A stretch of DNA of 64,000 bases, taken from NCBI GenBank assembly GCA_022824205.1, contig JAJEAI010000171.1, positions 1,193-65,192 of the forward strand, read 5' to 3'. The notes under the pieces were generated by a model. That model ran no database searches and had not been told where the DNA came from. It was given only the letters and a program-made list of their open reading frames with translations. The stretch is from Candidatus Binatia bacterium (GTDB lineage: Bacteria; Desulfobacterota; Binatia; UBA9968; JAJDTQ01). This document shows positions 19,988-29,875 of the stretch, piece by piece. Both the position numbers and the translations under genes were made by a program. The first letter of the stretch is position 1, and every line of letters starts with the position of its first letter.

Positions 19988-20779
19988 TCAACGTGTATCC
20001 GACCAACCGATGAAGCCGGCCTGCCGCCCGGTGACGCCGGCGCCGTTCCCGGACTCCCGCCGATACGAGAAGAACTCCGCGGGGTGACACGCGGTGCAGG
20101 GACCGCTGGTAAAGATGTGCTCCTCGCGGACGCCGCTCGCCGCCAGTAGCGCGGCGTTCAGCCGCCTCAGGTCGAGGTAGACGCCGCCGTCCCGGGATTG
20201 AAGCGCCGCCTCCGCCCGCTCCCCCCACTCCCGCACCAGCGGGTCGGCCACGTCGGCGCCGATCTCGTAGCAGCACGGTCCGATGGCCGGTCCCAGGGCG
20301 CACGCCAGATCGCCGGGCGCCGTGCCGTAACGCCGCTCGATGTGCCGCACCGCCTTCATCGCCACCCCGGCCAGGGTGCCGCGCCAGCCCGCGTGGATGA
20401 CCGCCGCCAGCCGGCGCTTCGGGGTGTGCGCCCAGCACACGATGGGAACGCAGTCGGCGGTGAGCACTCCCAGGAAGACCCCCGGCGCATCCGTCACCAT
20501 GGCGTCGCCCTCGCCGGCCTCCTTGCACGACTCGGCGACGTCGAGGATGGTGTCGCCGTGCCGTTGCCGCATGGTGACCATGCGGGTCCCGGTCATGCCC
20601 ACGGCCCCCTTCATGGCGCAGTAGTTGTCCTGGACCGCCCGGGGGTCGTCGCCCACGTTGAAGGAGACGTTGAGGCTCGCGAAAGCGCCCGCGCTGTTGC
20701 CGCCGCTCCGGCCCATGAAGCCGTGCCTCAGTCCGGGCTCGGCCGTCCACGACGGCACGCGATAAACCGTCAAGTCCAC
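19988..20779 (-). CDS. pgeF: Peptidoglycan editing factor PgeF / YfiH (DUF152, laccase-domain) family
   Basis: ...HGDTILDV...TADCVPIV...HAGWRG...GPCCYEIG... Probable GTG/TTG start near 20772-20779; the track ORF 19988-21067 over-extends. Confidence 0.8.
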   Translation of the reverse strand: MDLTVYRVPSWTAEPGLRHGFMGRSGGNSAGAFASLNVSFNVGDDPRAVQDNYCAMKGAVGMTGTRMVTMRQRHGDTILDVAESCKEAGEGDAMVTDAPGVFLGVLTADCVPIVCWAHTPKRRLAAVIHAGWRGTLAGVAMKAVRHIERRYGTAPGDLACALGPAIGPCCYEIGADVADPLVREWGERAEAALQSRDGGVYLDLRRLNAALLAASGVREEHIFTSGPCTACHPAEFFSYRRESGNGAGVTGRQAGFIGWSDTR

Positions 20780-20808
20780 GAGTCGTTCCTCTTCCCGCCG
20801 GAGGATGC

Positions 20809-21555
20809 TCAAAACCGCGACAGCAGGTTTCCGAAGCCCTCGACCTTGTCCGACAGGCCGTTCTGGCGCAGCGCGTACCAGTAGATGGCCGTGTTGATGG
20901 CGATGACCGGCTTGCCCATGTGTTGTTCCGCCTCCGCCGCGACACGCGCCATGGCCAGGTTGGTGCCCACCTGGACCACGGCGTCCACGTCGTCGCCGTT
21001 CACTTCCTCGATGGCGGCTTCCAGCGTGTCCGCCTGAACGTGCGCGATCAGCACCGGGCTCTCGCACTTGAGCCCCTTGAGGCGCGCCACCTCGTAGCCG
21101 CAGTCGGTGAAGAAGCGCACCACCTGGGAGTCGCCCACGGGCATGTACGGCGTGATCACCCCCAGGCGGCGGATGCCGCCGTAGGCCTCGAGCGCCGCCT
21201 CGCAGGCATAGGAGCCCATGGCCACGCGGACCCCGGACCGGTCCTCCACGTTGGCCAGGAGGCGCCGGCTGCCTTCGGCGCCGTCCCAGAACGTCTCCGA
21301 GGACATGCCCATGATCAGGTAGTCCGGCCGGCAGGTCATGACGCGGTCAATGGCGTTGTCCACCTCCGCGCGGATGTTGCGCATCAACTGCTCGAAGTCC
21401 TCGTCGTCGTGGATGGGATCGTCGGGGATCCAGATGCGGGCGAAGTGGTTGGTCACGCCCTCCGGCCGCATCTCGTCGAACTCGGGCTGCACCGAGGTAT
21501 TCGTGGAAGGGGCGATGACGGCGAACTTGCGCCGCCATCCCAGGGCGTCACTCAT
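20809..21555 (-). CDS. Asp/Glu/hydantoin-racemase-superfamily protein (maleate isomerase / arylmalonate decarboxylase-like)
   Basis: ...FAVIAPSTNTSVQPEF..., 248 aa. Confidence 0.7.
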   Translation of the reverse strand: MSDALGWRRKFAVIAPSTNTSVQPEFDEMRPEGVTNHFARIWIPDDPIHDDEDFEQLMRNIRAEVDNAIDRVMTCRPDYLIMGMSSETFWDGAEGSRRLLANVEDRSGVRVAMGSYACEAALEAYGGIRRLGVITPYMPVGDSQVVRFFTDCGYEVARLKGLKCESPVLIAHVQADTLEAAIEEVNGDDVDAVVQVGTNLAMARVAAEAEQHMGKPVIAINTAIYWYALRQNGLSDKVEGFGNLLSRF

Positions 21556-21782
21556 GGTCGTTCCTCCGCGGGGCCGTGCGCGGAGAGCCCCGGTCGAGTA
21601 TTGCTGGACGCGCGTTCATGGGCCAAGTTATAACATCGCGGGGTCGCGGTTTCCTATCGCGGGGCTCGGACAGCGCATGGCCGAGGCCGTTGGACTCTCC
21701 GACCCCCGGACAGGGGCGCGTGCAGACCCGCGCGCCGCTGGAGCGGTGTGGGGCGAGAGCGCCCGCGACCGGAAAGGACGAC

Positions 21783-22271
21783 ATGGCCATACCGGAACGC
21801 TACAACACGGGCTACAACATCGGGGTGGGCGGGGCCGTGGTGCGCGACGGACGCCTGCTCTTCGTGCGCCGCGCGTCGCGTCGCGGGCACGGCAACTGGC
21901 AGGTGCCCGGCGGCTTCATCGAGCCGGACGAAACCATCGAGGACGCGGTGGTGCGCGAAGTGGCCGAGGAGGCCGGCGTCGAGGCCGAAGTCGAGGGGGT
22001 GCTGGGCATCCGCAGCCGCTACGACGCCGAGTCCGGCAACAGCCTCTACGTCGTGCTGCTGCTCCGGGGCCTGACCGCGGAGCCCACGCCGGACGGGCGG
22101 GAGGTGGACCGGGCCGTGTACCTTTCGCTGGACGAGATCCGCGCGCTGGACCCGCTGCCGCAGACCAACTGGGAGGTGGCGCGGAGCGCGCTGGTGCCGG
22201 AGCCGCGGCTCCTCATGCCCAAGACGGTGGCGAACCAGCGGGGCGCGATCTTCCAGCTCTTCATCGGCTAG
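21783..22271 (+). CDS. NUDIX hydrolase
   Basis: ...GGFIEPDETIEDAVVREVAEEAGVEAE is the Nudix box. ATG at 21783. Confidence 0.8.
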   Translation: MAIPERYNTGYNIGVGGAVVRDGRLLFVRRASRRGHGNWQVPGGFIEPDETIEDAVVREVAEEAGVEAEVEGVLGIRSRYDAESGNSLYVVLLLRGLTAEPTPDGREVDRAVYLSLDEIRALDPLPQTNWEVARSALVPEPRLLMPKTVANQRGAIFQLFIG

Positions 22272-22318
22272 CCCGCCCGGTGCGCGGGCGGCGGTTTGGT
22301 TGCGGAATCGCACCCCTC

Positions 22319-23362
22319 ATGTTACACGAAACCCCCATGAACAACGTGGAACCGAGGTACGCGGATCTCGCGGAAAAGTCGCTCGCCGGAGAACTCCTGT
22401 CCCCGGCTGAATTGAAGTCGGTCATTCACGGCGCCGACGAGAGGTTGCCGGAATTGCTCGACGCCGCCTTCCGTGTCCGCCACCACTACTTCGGCAAGCG
22501 GGTGCAGATCCATGTGCTGATGAACGCCAAGAGCGGCCTGTGCCCCGAGGATTGCGGCTACTGCTCGCAGTCGTCGGTTTCCGAGGCCGAGATCGACAAG
22601 TACCCGTTCCTCGCCAAGGAGGAGTTGGTGGAGGCCGCGGTGAGGGCCAAGGAAGCGGGCGCCATGCGCTTCTGTCTGGTCAACAGCGGCCGCGGCCCTA
22701 CGCTCAAGGAAACCGAGCGGATGGCCGACGCCGTGGCCGAGATCAAGCGCCACGTCCCCATCAACATCTGCGCGTGCATGGGGTTGCTCACGGAGTCCAA
22801 GGCGCGCATCCTCAAGGAAGCCGGGGTCGAGCGGGTCAACCACAACCTCAACACCAGCAGCCGCTACCACCCGGAGGTGGTTACGACGCACACCTACGAG
22901 GACCGCGTCGCCACCCTCGAAAGCGTCAAGGCCGCCGGGCTGTCCACCTGTTGCGGCGGCATCGTCGGCCTCGGCGAGCAGGACGACGACGTCATCGACC
23001 TGGCGGTGTCGCTCCGGCAACTGGACGTGGATTCCATCCCGGTGAACTTCCTGCACGCCATCCCCGGGACCCCCATGGCCGGGCGTTCCAACCTGACGCC
23101 GCAGTACTGCCTCAAGGTCCTGTGCCTGTTCCGCTTCGTCAACCCGAGCAAGGAGGTCCGAGTGGCCGGCGGCCGGGAAGTCAACTTGCGCTCGCTGCAG
23201 CCGCTGAGCCTCTACCCGGCCAACTCCATCTTCGTCAACGGCTACCTGACCACGTCGGGCCAGGACGCCTCCGACGCCCACCGGATGATCGAGGACCTGG
23301 GCTTCGAGATCGAGACGTCGGCGCGGGAAGAGGTCCTGGAACAGCGGCCGAGCTTCGCGTAA
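22319..23362 (+). CDS. bioB: Biotin synthase
   Basis: [11 protein letters not shown] radical-SAM motif plus ...YCLK... BioB signature. An alternative ATG lies at 22337. Confidence 0.9.
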   Translation: MLHETPMNNVEPRYADLAEKSLAGELLSPAELKSVIHGADERLPELLDAAFRVRHHYFGKRVQIHVLMNAKSGLCPEDCGYCSQSSVSEAEIDKYPFLAKEELVEAAVRAKEAGAMRFCLVNSGRGPTLKETERMADAVAEIKRHVPINICACMGLLTESKARILKEAGVERVNHNLNTSSRYHPEVVTTHTYEDRVATLESVKAAGLSTCCGGIVGLGEQDDDVIDLAVSLRQLDVDSIPVNFLHAIPGTPMAGRSNLTPQYCLKVLCLFRFVNPSKEVRVAGGREVNLRSLQPLSLYPANSIFVNGYLTTSGQDASDAHRMIEDLGFEIETSAREEVLEQRPSFA

Positions 23363-23376
23363 CAGGAGAGAATGCC

Positions 23377-23583
23377 GTGGCAAGAATTACCGTCGAAGAC
23401 TGCCTCAACGAGGTTACCAACCGCTTCAAGCTCGTCATGCTTGGTTCCCAGCGCACCAAGCAGCTCCTCAAGGGCGCCAGGCCCCTGGTGGACGCCGACA
23501 ACCGCGAGATCGTCGTGGCCCTGCGGGAGATCGCCGCGGGCAAGGTGCGGGAATTGCCGCCGGAATCGACGGAGCTGGAATAA
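23377..23583 (+). CDS. rpoZ: DNA-directed RNA polymerase subunit omega
   Basis: (V)[29 protein letters not shown]...[15 protein letters not shown] start with SD aggagag. Confidence 0.8.
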   Translation: MARITVEDCLNEVTNRFKLVMLGSQRTKQLLKGARPLVDADNREIVVALREIAAGKVRELPPESTELE

Positions 23584-23611
23584 TCCCGTTAACCGCCGAA
23601 CGGAGGTTGTG

Positions 23612-24640
23612 TCACGCTCGTTGCGGCTCGATGATGACCTTCAGCGAATCCTGCGCGTTGGCTACGAGTCGAAAACCCGTTCCCGTCTCGGCAAGGGAAA
23701 GGCGGTGGGTGACAAGCTCCTCCACGCGCACCTTCCCGCCGGCCAACAGATCCACCGCATCCTTCAAGTCTTGGGGACTCGCGCCATAGGAGGTGACGAG
23801 GCTCACCTCGTCGCGCCACATTTCGTATAGCGGCATGGGCACCTCGTGCCCGGCGGGTGTGGAGGCGAAGAAGAGCAGCCGTCCGCCGCGCTCGACGCTC
23901 TGGAACGCCTGCCGGATCGCCGGCGCCGCTCCGGTGCACACGATCACGAGGTCGGCGAGACGTCCGCCGCAGCACTCGCGTACGCGCGCGGGCACGTCGT
24001 CGGTGGCGTGGAAGGTGTGGTCCGCGCCCAGGGACCGTGCCAGCCGCAGCCGCTCGTCGTTGATGTCGGTGGCGATCAGCGTCTTGACGCCCCGGCTCCG
24101 TGCGAGTTGGAGGTGCAGCAGGCCGGCGACGCCGGCGCCGATGACCAGCACGTTCTCCTGCATCGGCGCGCTGGCATGCTGCTGAGCCCGCACGACGCAG
24201 CCCAGAGGCTCGACGAAAGAGCCCGCCTCGAAGGAAAGCGACTCGGGAAGCAGGAAGGTGCCCGAGTCCACGTTGACCTTGGGCAGGCGCAGGTACTCGG
24301 CGAAGCCGCCCGGGTCGAAATGGGTCTCGCGCATGAGCTGACACACCGAAGCGTGGCCGGAGCGGCAGTGGTGACAGTCGTTGCAGGGCACGTGGTGGGT
24401 GGTGACGATGCGGTCGCCGGGCGCGAAACCGGTGATGCCGGCGCCCACCTCCGTCACCTCCCCGGTGACCTCGTGACCGAGCACCCTGGGCGCCTGCTGC
24501 CGGCGGTACCACTCCAGCACGTCGGTGCCGCAGATGCCGCTGGCCTCCACCCGCATCAGCAACTCGCCCGGGCCGGCCTTGGGGACCGGCAGTTCCTCCA
24601 GCCGGACGTCATCGTTGCTGTAGTACATGGCGACGCGCAT
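23612..24640 (-). CDS. Zn-dependent alcohol dehydrogenase (MDR family, threonine/sorbitol-DH-like)
   Basis: GICGTDV..GHE..G...C..C..C, 342 aa. Confidence 0.85.
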   Translation of the reverse strand: MRVAMYYSNDDVRLEELPVPKAGPGELLMRVEASGICGTDVLEWYRRQQAPRVLGHEVTGEVTEVGAGITGFAPGDRIVTTHHVPCNDCHHCRSGHASVCQLMRETHFDPGGFAEYLRLPKVNVDSGTFLLPESLSFEAGSFVEPLGCVVRAQQHASAPMQENVLVIGAGVAGLLHLQLARSRGVKTLIATDINDERLRLARSLGADHTFHATDDVPARVRECCGGRLADLVIVCTGAAPAIRQAFQSVERGGRLLFFASTPAGHEVPMPLYEMWRDEVSLVTSYGASPQDLKDAVDLLAGGKVRVEELVTHRLSLAETGTGFRLVANAQDSLKVIIEPQRA

Positions 24641-24710
24641 GGCTCGTTTCCGAAAGGCGGCTTCAGCCAGACTGCGTCAAAACTCGGCTTGGACAAGAAA
24701 TGGCACCAAC

Positions 24711-24880
24711 CCCCTGGATAGTCATTCCCGCGGAAGCGGGAATCCAGGGGTGGAGAGGGGCCGAACGGCGTATTCCCCCGCCTCACCCCTCCTGGATTCC
24801 CGCTTCCGCGGGAATGACGATTCGATGCGTCGTTGCCTCGTGAATTTTTACACAACCTGTTCCGCGGGAATGACGGTTCG
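24711..24880. repeat. Palindromic repeat cluster: inverted pair of the 33-bp unit gtcattcccgcggaagcgggaatccaggggtgg (24721-24753 / 24786-24818) plus a half-unit (24860-24875)
   Basis: ATTCCC-N8-GGGAAT core. The same unit recurs at 25912-25944 and 63866-63962. Confidence 0.6.
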
Positions 24881-24898
24881 AAAGCTCCCCGGTTTCGC

Positions 24899-25702
24899 CT
24901 ACCCGGCGGCGCGTTCCGACGCCGACGGCCGCGACGACTGGTAGATCCCGTAGGCGTCCTCGACGGAGGCGCCGCCGTGAACGATGGCCCGCACCGCCTG
25001 GATCATCCCCGCGGGGCTGTCGGACTGGAAGATGTTGCGGCCCATGTCGACGCCCACCGCGCCGTGGTCCACGGCGTTCTTGGTCAGTTCCAGCGCTTCC
25101 ATCTCCGGGGTCTTCTTGCCACCCGCCACGATCACGGGAATCGGACAACTGTTGACCAGGTTCTCGAAGCCCTCGCAGTAGTAGGTCTTGACGATGTGGG
25201 CGCCCTGTTCCGCGGCGATGCGGCACGACAGGCTGAGGTAACGCTCGTCCCGTGCCATGTTCGTGCCCACGGCGGTGACCGCTAGAACAGGGATGCCGTA
25301 CCGCTCGCCCTCGTCCACCAGCTTCGCCAGGCTCACCAGCGTCTCCTTCTCGAACTCCGACCCCACGAAGATCGACAGCGCCATGGCCGAGACGTTGAGC
25401 CGGATGGCGTCCTCGATGGACACGGTGATGTCCTCGTTGGACAGTTCCTTGAGGATGCTGGTGCCGCCGGACACGCGCAGCACCACCGGCGCCTGCATGT
25501 TGGCGTCCACGGCGGTGCGAAGCACGCCGCGGGTGAGCATGATGGCGTCGGCATGGGGCAGCAGTGGCTCGATGGTCTCCCGCGGCTGCTCCAGACCGCT
25601 GGTCGGTCCCAGGAAGTAGCCGTGGTCCACGGCCAACATCACGCAGCGCCCGTCCGCCGGCTGGATGATGCGCGCCATTCTGTTTTCCATACCCCAGTGC
25701 AT
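24899..25702 (-). CDS. DhnA-type (archaeal-type class I) fructose-bisphosphate aldolase / LsrF-like aldolase
   Basis: ...DHGYFLGP...VGTNMARDE...KTYYCEGF...; Schiff-base Lys context. Confidence 0.8.
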   Translation of the reverse strand: MHWGMENRMARIIQPADGRCVMLAVDHGYFLGPTSGLEQPRETIEPLLPHADAIMLTRGVLRTAVDANMQAPVVLRVSGGTSILKELSNEDITVSIEDAIRLNVSAMALSIFVGSEFEKETLVSLAKLVDEGERYGIPVLAVTAVGTNMARDERYLSLSCRIAAEQGAHIVKTYYCEGFENLVNSCPIPVIVAGGKKTPEMEALELTKNAVDHGAVGVDMGRNIFQSDSPAGMIQAVRAIVHGGASVEDAYGIYQSSRPSASERAAG

Positions 25703-25843
25703 GTGATCCCCCTGCGTTCTTGGTGTCTTTGTTTCGATGATGCCGGTCGGGATTCGGTCCGACTTGAGACACGACACTAACACATACCCGGTTCGGCCGC
25801 GAGTCTTGTTAGCCCGGGAAAGCCGCGCCAAACACCCCGAATA

Positions 25844-25944
25844 GTCATCCCCGCGGAACAGGGTGTGTTAAAATCCCGAACGAACACGGAATGGCACGGC
25901 TACCCCGAACCGTCATTCCCGCGGAAGCGGGAATCCAGGGGTGG
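25844..25944. repeat. Palindromic repeat units (variant half-unit 25844-25867; full unit 25912-25944)
   Basis: Same family as 24721-24753. Confidence 0.55.
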
Positions 25945-25994
25945 GGTGGGGGCGCTCGATTGACAGGTATGGGGCTATCGGTTACGCAGCTTCC

Positions 25995-26867
25995 ATGATC
26001 GACCTCCCCCCTGGCGTAAGCAGCCACCTCGTCCAAGTGGGCCAGATCCGTACCCATTACCTCGAAGCCGGCGCCGGCCGCGGTTCTACCGTGGTGCTGA
26101 TCCACAGCGGCGAGTTCGGCGGCCGGGCCGAGTTCAGTTGGCGCTACAACATCGCCCAGCTCGGCGAGCACTTCCACGTCTACGCTCCCGACCTGGCCGG
26201 TTTCGGCCGCACCGACCTGGTGTACAACTTCAGCGACGCCGTGGGCTTCCGGCTCAAGCACGTCGACGGTTTCCTCCGCACAATGTGCCTTGGTCCGGTG
26301 CACCTCATCGGCAACTCCTTCGGCGGCGGCTTCTGCCTGCAGATGGCCACGGACCCGCGCTTCAACGTGGCCTCGGTCATCGCCGTGAGCGGCGGCGGCA
26401 AGGCGCCCGACAACGAGGAACGCAAGGTCCTCACCGGCTACACCGGCGAGCGGGAACAGATGCGCGACATCCTGCGCGTGTGCTTCTACAACGAGCGCTG
26501 GTGGGCCGACGACGTGGTGGAGGAGCGCTGGCAGGCCAGCCTGGAACCGGGGGTGTGGGAGGCCTGCGCCGCCGCGCGCCTGGCCCCCTCGGGAAAGCCT
26601 CGCGGGTTCCGTCCGGTGCGGCCCGACTACGGCAAGATCCAGTGCCCGGTGCTGATCGTGGCGGGCGCCCAGGACCCGCTGCGGTTCCCGACCTACGCCA
26701 CCGACCTCCAGGCCGAGATACCCGGATCCGAGGTGAAGGTTTTCGAAAACTCGCGGCACTGTTCCCACGCGGAGCACCCCGAGGAGTTCAACGGATTGGC
26801 CATCGATTTCATCAAGCGGCACGCGGAAGAGGCACAGGGGCACGCGGGGGAGGCGCAGGGTTCATGA
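25995..26867 (+). CDS. Alpha/beta-fold hydrolase (meta-cleavage-product hydrolase-like)
   Basis: ...VVLIHSGEFGG...HLIGNSFGGG (GXSXG). Confidence 0.8.
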   Translation: MIDLPPGVSSHLVQVGQIRTHYLEAGAGRGSTVVLIHSGEFGGRAEFSWRYNIAQLGEHFHVYAPDLAGFGRTDLVYNFSDAVGFRLKHVDGFLRTMCLGPVHLIGNSFGGGFCLQMATDPRFNVASVIAVSGGGKAPDNEERKVLTGYTGEREQMRDILRVCFYNERWWADDVVEERWQASLEPGVWEACAAARLAPSGKPRGFRPVRPDYGKIQCPVLIVAGAQDPLRFPTYATDLQAEIPGSEVKVFENSRHCSHAEHPEEFNGLAIDFIKRHAEEAQGHAGEAQGS

Positions 26868-27658
26868 CGTGGGTTTCCGAGACCATGGAGGTGGATGGCG
26901 TCAAGCTCGGGGTGCGCCGGCGCGGAGAGGGCGCCCCGGTCGTAATCCTCTACGGCGACCAACTCGAAACGCCGGTCCCGCCGTTCGACGACGCGCTGGC
27001 CGCGGGTATCCAGGCCGTGGTGCCGTCCCTGCCCGGCGTGAACCGGTCGGAGCTGCCCGGCTGGGTCGACACCATGGAAGACCTGGCCTTCCTGGGGCTG
27101 GACCTGCTCGAGGGCCTGGACGCCGGTCCGGTGGATGTCATCGGCCACGGCTTCGGCGGCTGGGTGGCCGCCGAGATGGCGGTGCGCTCACACCAGCAGA
27201 TCCGGCGGCTGGCGCTGGTGGATTCCGTGGGCATCAAGGTGTCGGCTCCGACCGTGCGCGACGTGCAGGACGTCTATGTCTATACCGTCCAGGAAGTCGC
27301 CGAGCTGGCGTGGCACGATCCGGCGGCCGCCCAGGTGCTCCGGTGGCCGGGCATGGACGGCGTGGAGGGCGATGAACTGCTCACGCTGCTGCGCAACCGC
27401 CAGTCGGTGCTGAAGTTCGCCTGGCGCCCGTTCATGTACAACCCCAAGCTCATGCGGCGGCTCGCCCGGATACGGGTCCCCGTCCACCTGTTCTGGGGCG
27501 AGAGCGACCGGGTAGTGACCCCGGACTACGGCCGCGCCCTCCAGCAGGCCATTCCCGGCGCCGGCTTCACCGCGATACCCAAGGCCGGCCACTACCCGCA
27601 GTGGGAACAGCCCAAGGCCCTGGCCCGGGCGGTGACAAAGTTCCTGGAGAGTTCCTGA
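26864..27658 (+). CDS. Alpha/beta-fold hydrolase, second copy (ATGA overlap with upstream)
   Basis: ...VIGHGFGGWVAAEMA... GXGXG variant, 264 aa. Confidence 0.75.
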   Translation: MTWVSETMEVDGVKLGVRRRGEGAPVVILYGDQLETPVPPFDDALAAGIQAVVPSLPGVNRSELPGWVDTMEDLAFLGLDLLEGLDAGPVDVIGHGFGGWVAAEMAVRSHQQIRRLALVDSVGIKVSAPTVRDVQDVYVYTVQEVAELAWHDPAAAQVLRWPGMDGVEGDELLTLLRNRQSVLKFAWRPFMYNPKLMRRLARIRVPVHLFWGESDRVVTPDYGRALQQAIPGAGFTAIPKAGHYPQWEQPKALARAVTKFLESS

Positions 27659-27785
27659 TTGCGAACGGAAGGGAACTGGACGGGAACCCGCCGCCAGTGT
27701 CGCCATTGCCGTTCGTCCTGAGCGTAGTGGAGCGCAAGCGGAACGAAGTCGAAGGACCCCATTCCCCATAGAGGAGGACCAGGAA

Positions 27786-28907
27786 ATGCTGGCCTACCAT
27801 TTCACCGAGATGCCTTATCCTTTCCTGCCCGACGACGCGGAGGAAACCTACGGGGCCATGCGCGTGACCCTGCCCAGCCGCTACTGCGATCCCAAGATCG
27901 CCCACGATCTCTACAACCGCTACCTCGACGAGTACGAGTACGCCGACGAGCTGGGCCTGGAGATCATGCTCAACGAGCACCACGCCACCGCCACCTGCAT
28001 GGCCGCCAACGTCTCCATCACCGCCGGCACCCTGGTGCGCCGCACCAAGCGCGCCAAGATCCTGGTGCTGGGCTTCCCGCTGGCGCACCGGAGCCCCATC
28101 CAGGTGGCCGAGGACGCCGCCATGATCGACGTCATCTCCGGCGGCCGCCTCATCGCCGGCTTCGTTCGCGGCGTGGGAACCGAGATCCATCCCGCCAACA
28201 CCAACCCCTCCGACACCCGGGAACGCATGCAGGAGGCCCACGACCTCATCATCAAGGCATGGAAGACCCAGGACGTGTTCAACTGGGAGGGCAAGCACTA
28301 CCACTACCGCTACGTGAACCCATGGCCGCGCCCCTACCAGCAGCCCCATCCCCCCATCTGGATCACCGGCAGCCAGCCGGCGGCGGTACCCTGGGTGGCC
28401 GACCACCACTACACCCTGGCCACCGTCCTGACCTCCTACGAACAGACCGAAGCCCTCTTCACCGCCTACCGCAAGCGCTGCGAGGAGATGAACTACCCCG
28501 AGCCCGGCACCGACAGGTTCGCCTACTGCGCCCTCACCTTCACCGGCGAAACCGACAAGAAGGCGGAGGAGGGCGGCCGCAAGCTCCTCTGGTACCTCAA
28601 CAAGCGCCGCCCCGTGGGCTTCTTCGCCCCGCCGGGCTTCGTGCCGCCCCAAGGCCTCACCCGCTTCTTCGACCCCAAGGGCATGGCCCGTTACAACCGC
28701 ACCTACGAAGACCTCATCGACCAGGGCGTCATCATCGCCGGAACGCCGAAGAAGGTCATCGAGAAGGTGAAGTACTTGCATGACCGTTGCGGCGTGGGGC
28801 ACCTGCTGATGATGAACCAGGCGGGGTTCATGACCCACGAGGAGACCAAGCGGAGCATGGAGTTGTTTGCGACGGAGGTTTATCCGGAGTTGCGGACGTG
28901 GCAATGA
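27786..28907 (+). CDS. LLM-class (luciferase-like) flavin-dependent oxidoreductase
   Basis: 373 aa TIM-barrel luciferase-like signature. Confidence 0.85.
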   Translation: MLAYHFTEMPYPFLPDDAEETYGAMRVTLPSRYCDPKIAHDLYNRYLDEYEYADELGLEIMLNEHHATATCMAANVSITAGTLVRRTKRAKILVLGFPLAHRSPIQVAEDAAMIDVISGGRLIAGFVRGVGTEIHPANTNPSDTRERMQEAHDLIIKAWKTQDVFNWEGKHYHYRYVNPWPRPYQQPHPPIWITGSQPAAVPWVADHHYTLATVLTSYEQTEALFTAYRKRCEEMNYPEPGTDRFAYCALTFTGETDKKAEEGGRKLLWYLNKRRPVGFFAPPGFVPPQGLTRFFDPKGMARYNRTYEDLIDQGVIIAGTPKKVIEKVKYLHDRCGVGHLLMMNQAGFMTHEETKRSMELFATEVYPELRTWQ

Positions 28908-28957
28908 GCCGCAGCCAAGCCCGTTAGTCGCTGGATTTTGCTGGAGTGATTCAATAG

Positions 28958-29869
28958 ATGCGACTAATACACCCGATCTATCTCGATATACCGATGCTCG
29001 TGTCATTCGCGGCGGCAATCGAGGGTGGCCTGTCATTCGGAACCCAACTGACACGAGAGGAATCCAGTTCCACCCTGGCGACCGCGGAAGGCGGGGCGAA
29101 ATTTGGTCTGAGCAGTCTGTTCGGCCAATTTCTCGATCTGTCGGCCGATATCGATGCGAAGGGTACGCACGAGGGTATGGAACGATCTGTGGAGAAGAGT
29201 TCACGATCTCACACGGAGGCTTCTGTCGCGATTCTACTCTATGACAGGTTGCGCAACGACTCTGGTTACATTGTCGATCTCGATATCCTAGACGACGCCA
29301 AGAATGTAGAACCTGGAGCACTGGTCGAACTCGCCGGCACTGTCGAAAAGAACGCCATCGACGCCATGATTGACTACATAGATGCGGTGAATATCCTGGC
29401 CAGTTTGGGATCGGATGAGCCACGAAATCCTCAGGGTTCAACGAGTGGGAAACGTCGCGGTTCAGCCAGTGTCAGGAACAGACAGGAGAGCGAGGGTCCA
29501 CTGGAGCACATCCGAGATTCACTCGACAAAGACCGTAAGCGGACACCGATTTCCAATGTGCTGCTTCGATGCACGGTGCCGTCCAACGTCACAGGGGTCG
29601 TAACGTTGCGTACGGAGAATCTTCGAGACCTCACCCTGAGCGAGCTCCATAAGAACAGCGTACGCGTCCTTGGCAAGGTGACCAGGGTCATCGATCGAGG
29701 TGAGGGCATGAGCTCTTTCGAGAATTACGGAATGGCACTGATGCAACCGGAGAAACTACAGACTCTTCTGCGTGGTCTGTGTGAAACTGAGGAGATTACA
29801 CTCGACCTCAGCGAGGTGCAGGTGCAAGGCCCAGCGCTTCAGATATTGCCTTTGATGATATTTGTCTGA
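28958..29869 (+). CDS. Hypothetical protein (303 aa), low-GC, no family recognised
   Basis: Local GC clearly below the genome average; starts 50 bp after the LLM gene. Confidence 0.5.
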   Translation: MRLIHPIYLDIPMLVSFAAAIEGGLSFGTQLTREESSSTLATAEGGAKFGLSSLFGQFLDLSADIDAKGTHEGMERSVEKSSRSHTEASVAILLYDRLRNDSGYIVDLDILDDAKNVEPGALVELAGTVEKNAIDAMIDYIDAVNILASLGSDEPRNPQGSTSGKRRGSASVRNRQESEGPLEHIRDSLDKDRKRTPISNVLLRCTVPSNVTGVVTLRTENLRDLTLSELHKNSVRVLGKVTRVIDRGEGMSSFENYGMALMQPEKLQTLLRGLCETEEITLDLSEVQVQGPALQILPLMIFV

Positions 29870-29875
29870 AAGCCG

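Noticed and set aside
22322-24721. ORFs 22322-23383(-), 22540-23583(+ upstream part), 23589-24512(-), 23846-24721(+)
   Set aside because: Alternate-frame or antisense to bioB, rpoZ and the Zn-ADH.
24711-25944. Possibility that the repeated 33-bp palindromes are a CRISPR array
   Set aside because: Units occur as inverted pairs, with irregular spacing and only 2-3 copies per locus. There are no uniform-length spacers or cas genes. They behave like REP or MITE elements.
27567-29441. 624-aa minus-strand ORF
   Set aside because: Antisense to the LLM oxidoreductase with GC-bias composition. The low-GC 3' part is better explained by the plus-strand 303-aa ORF.
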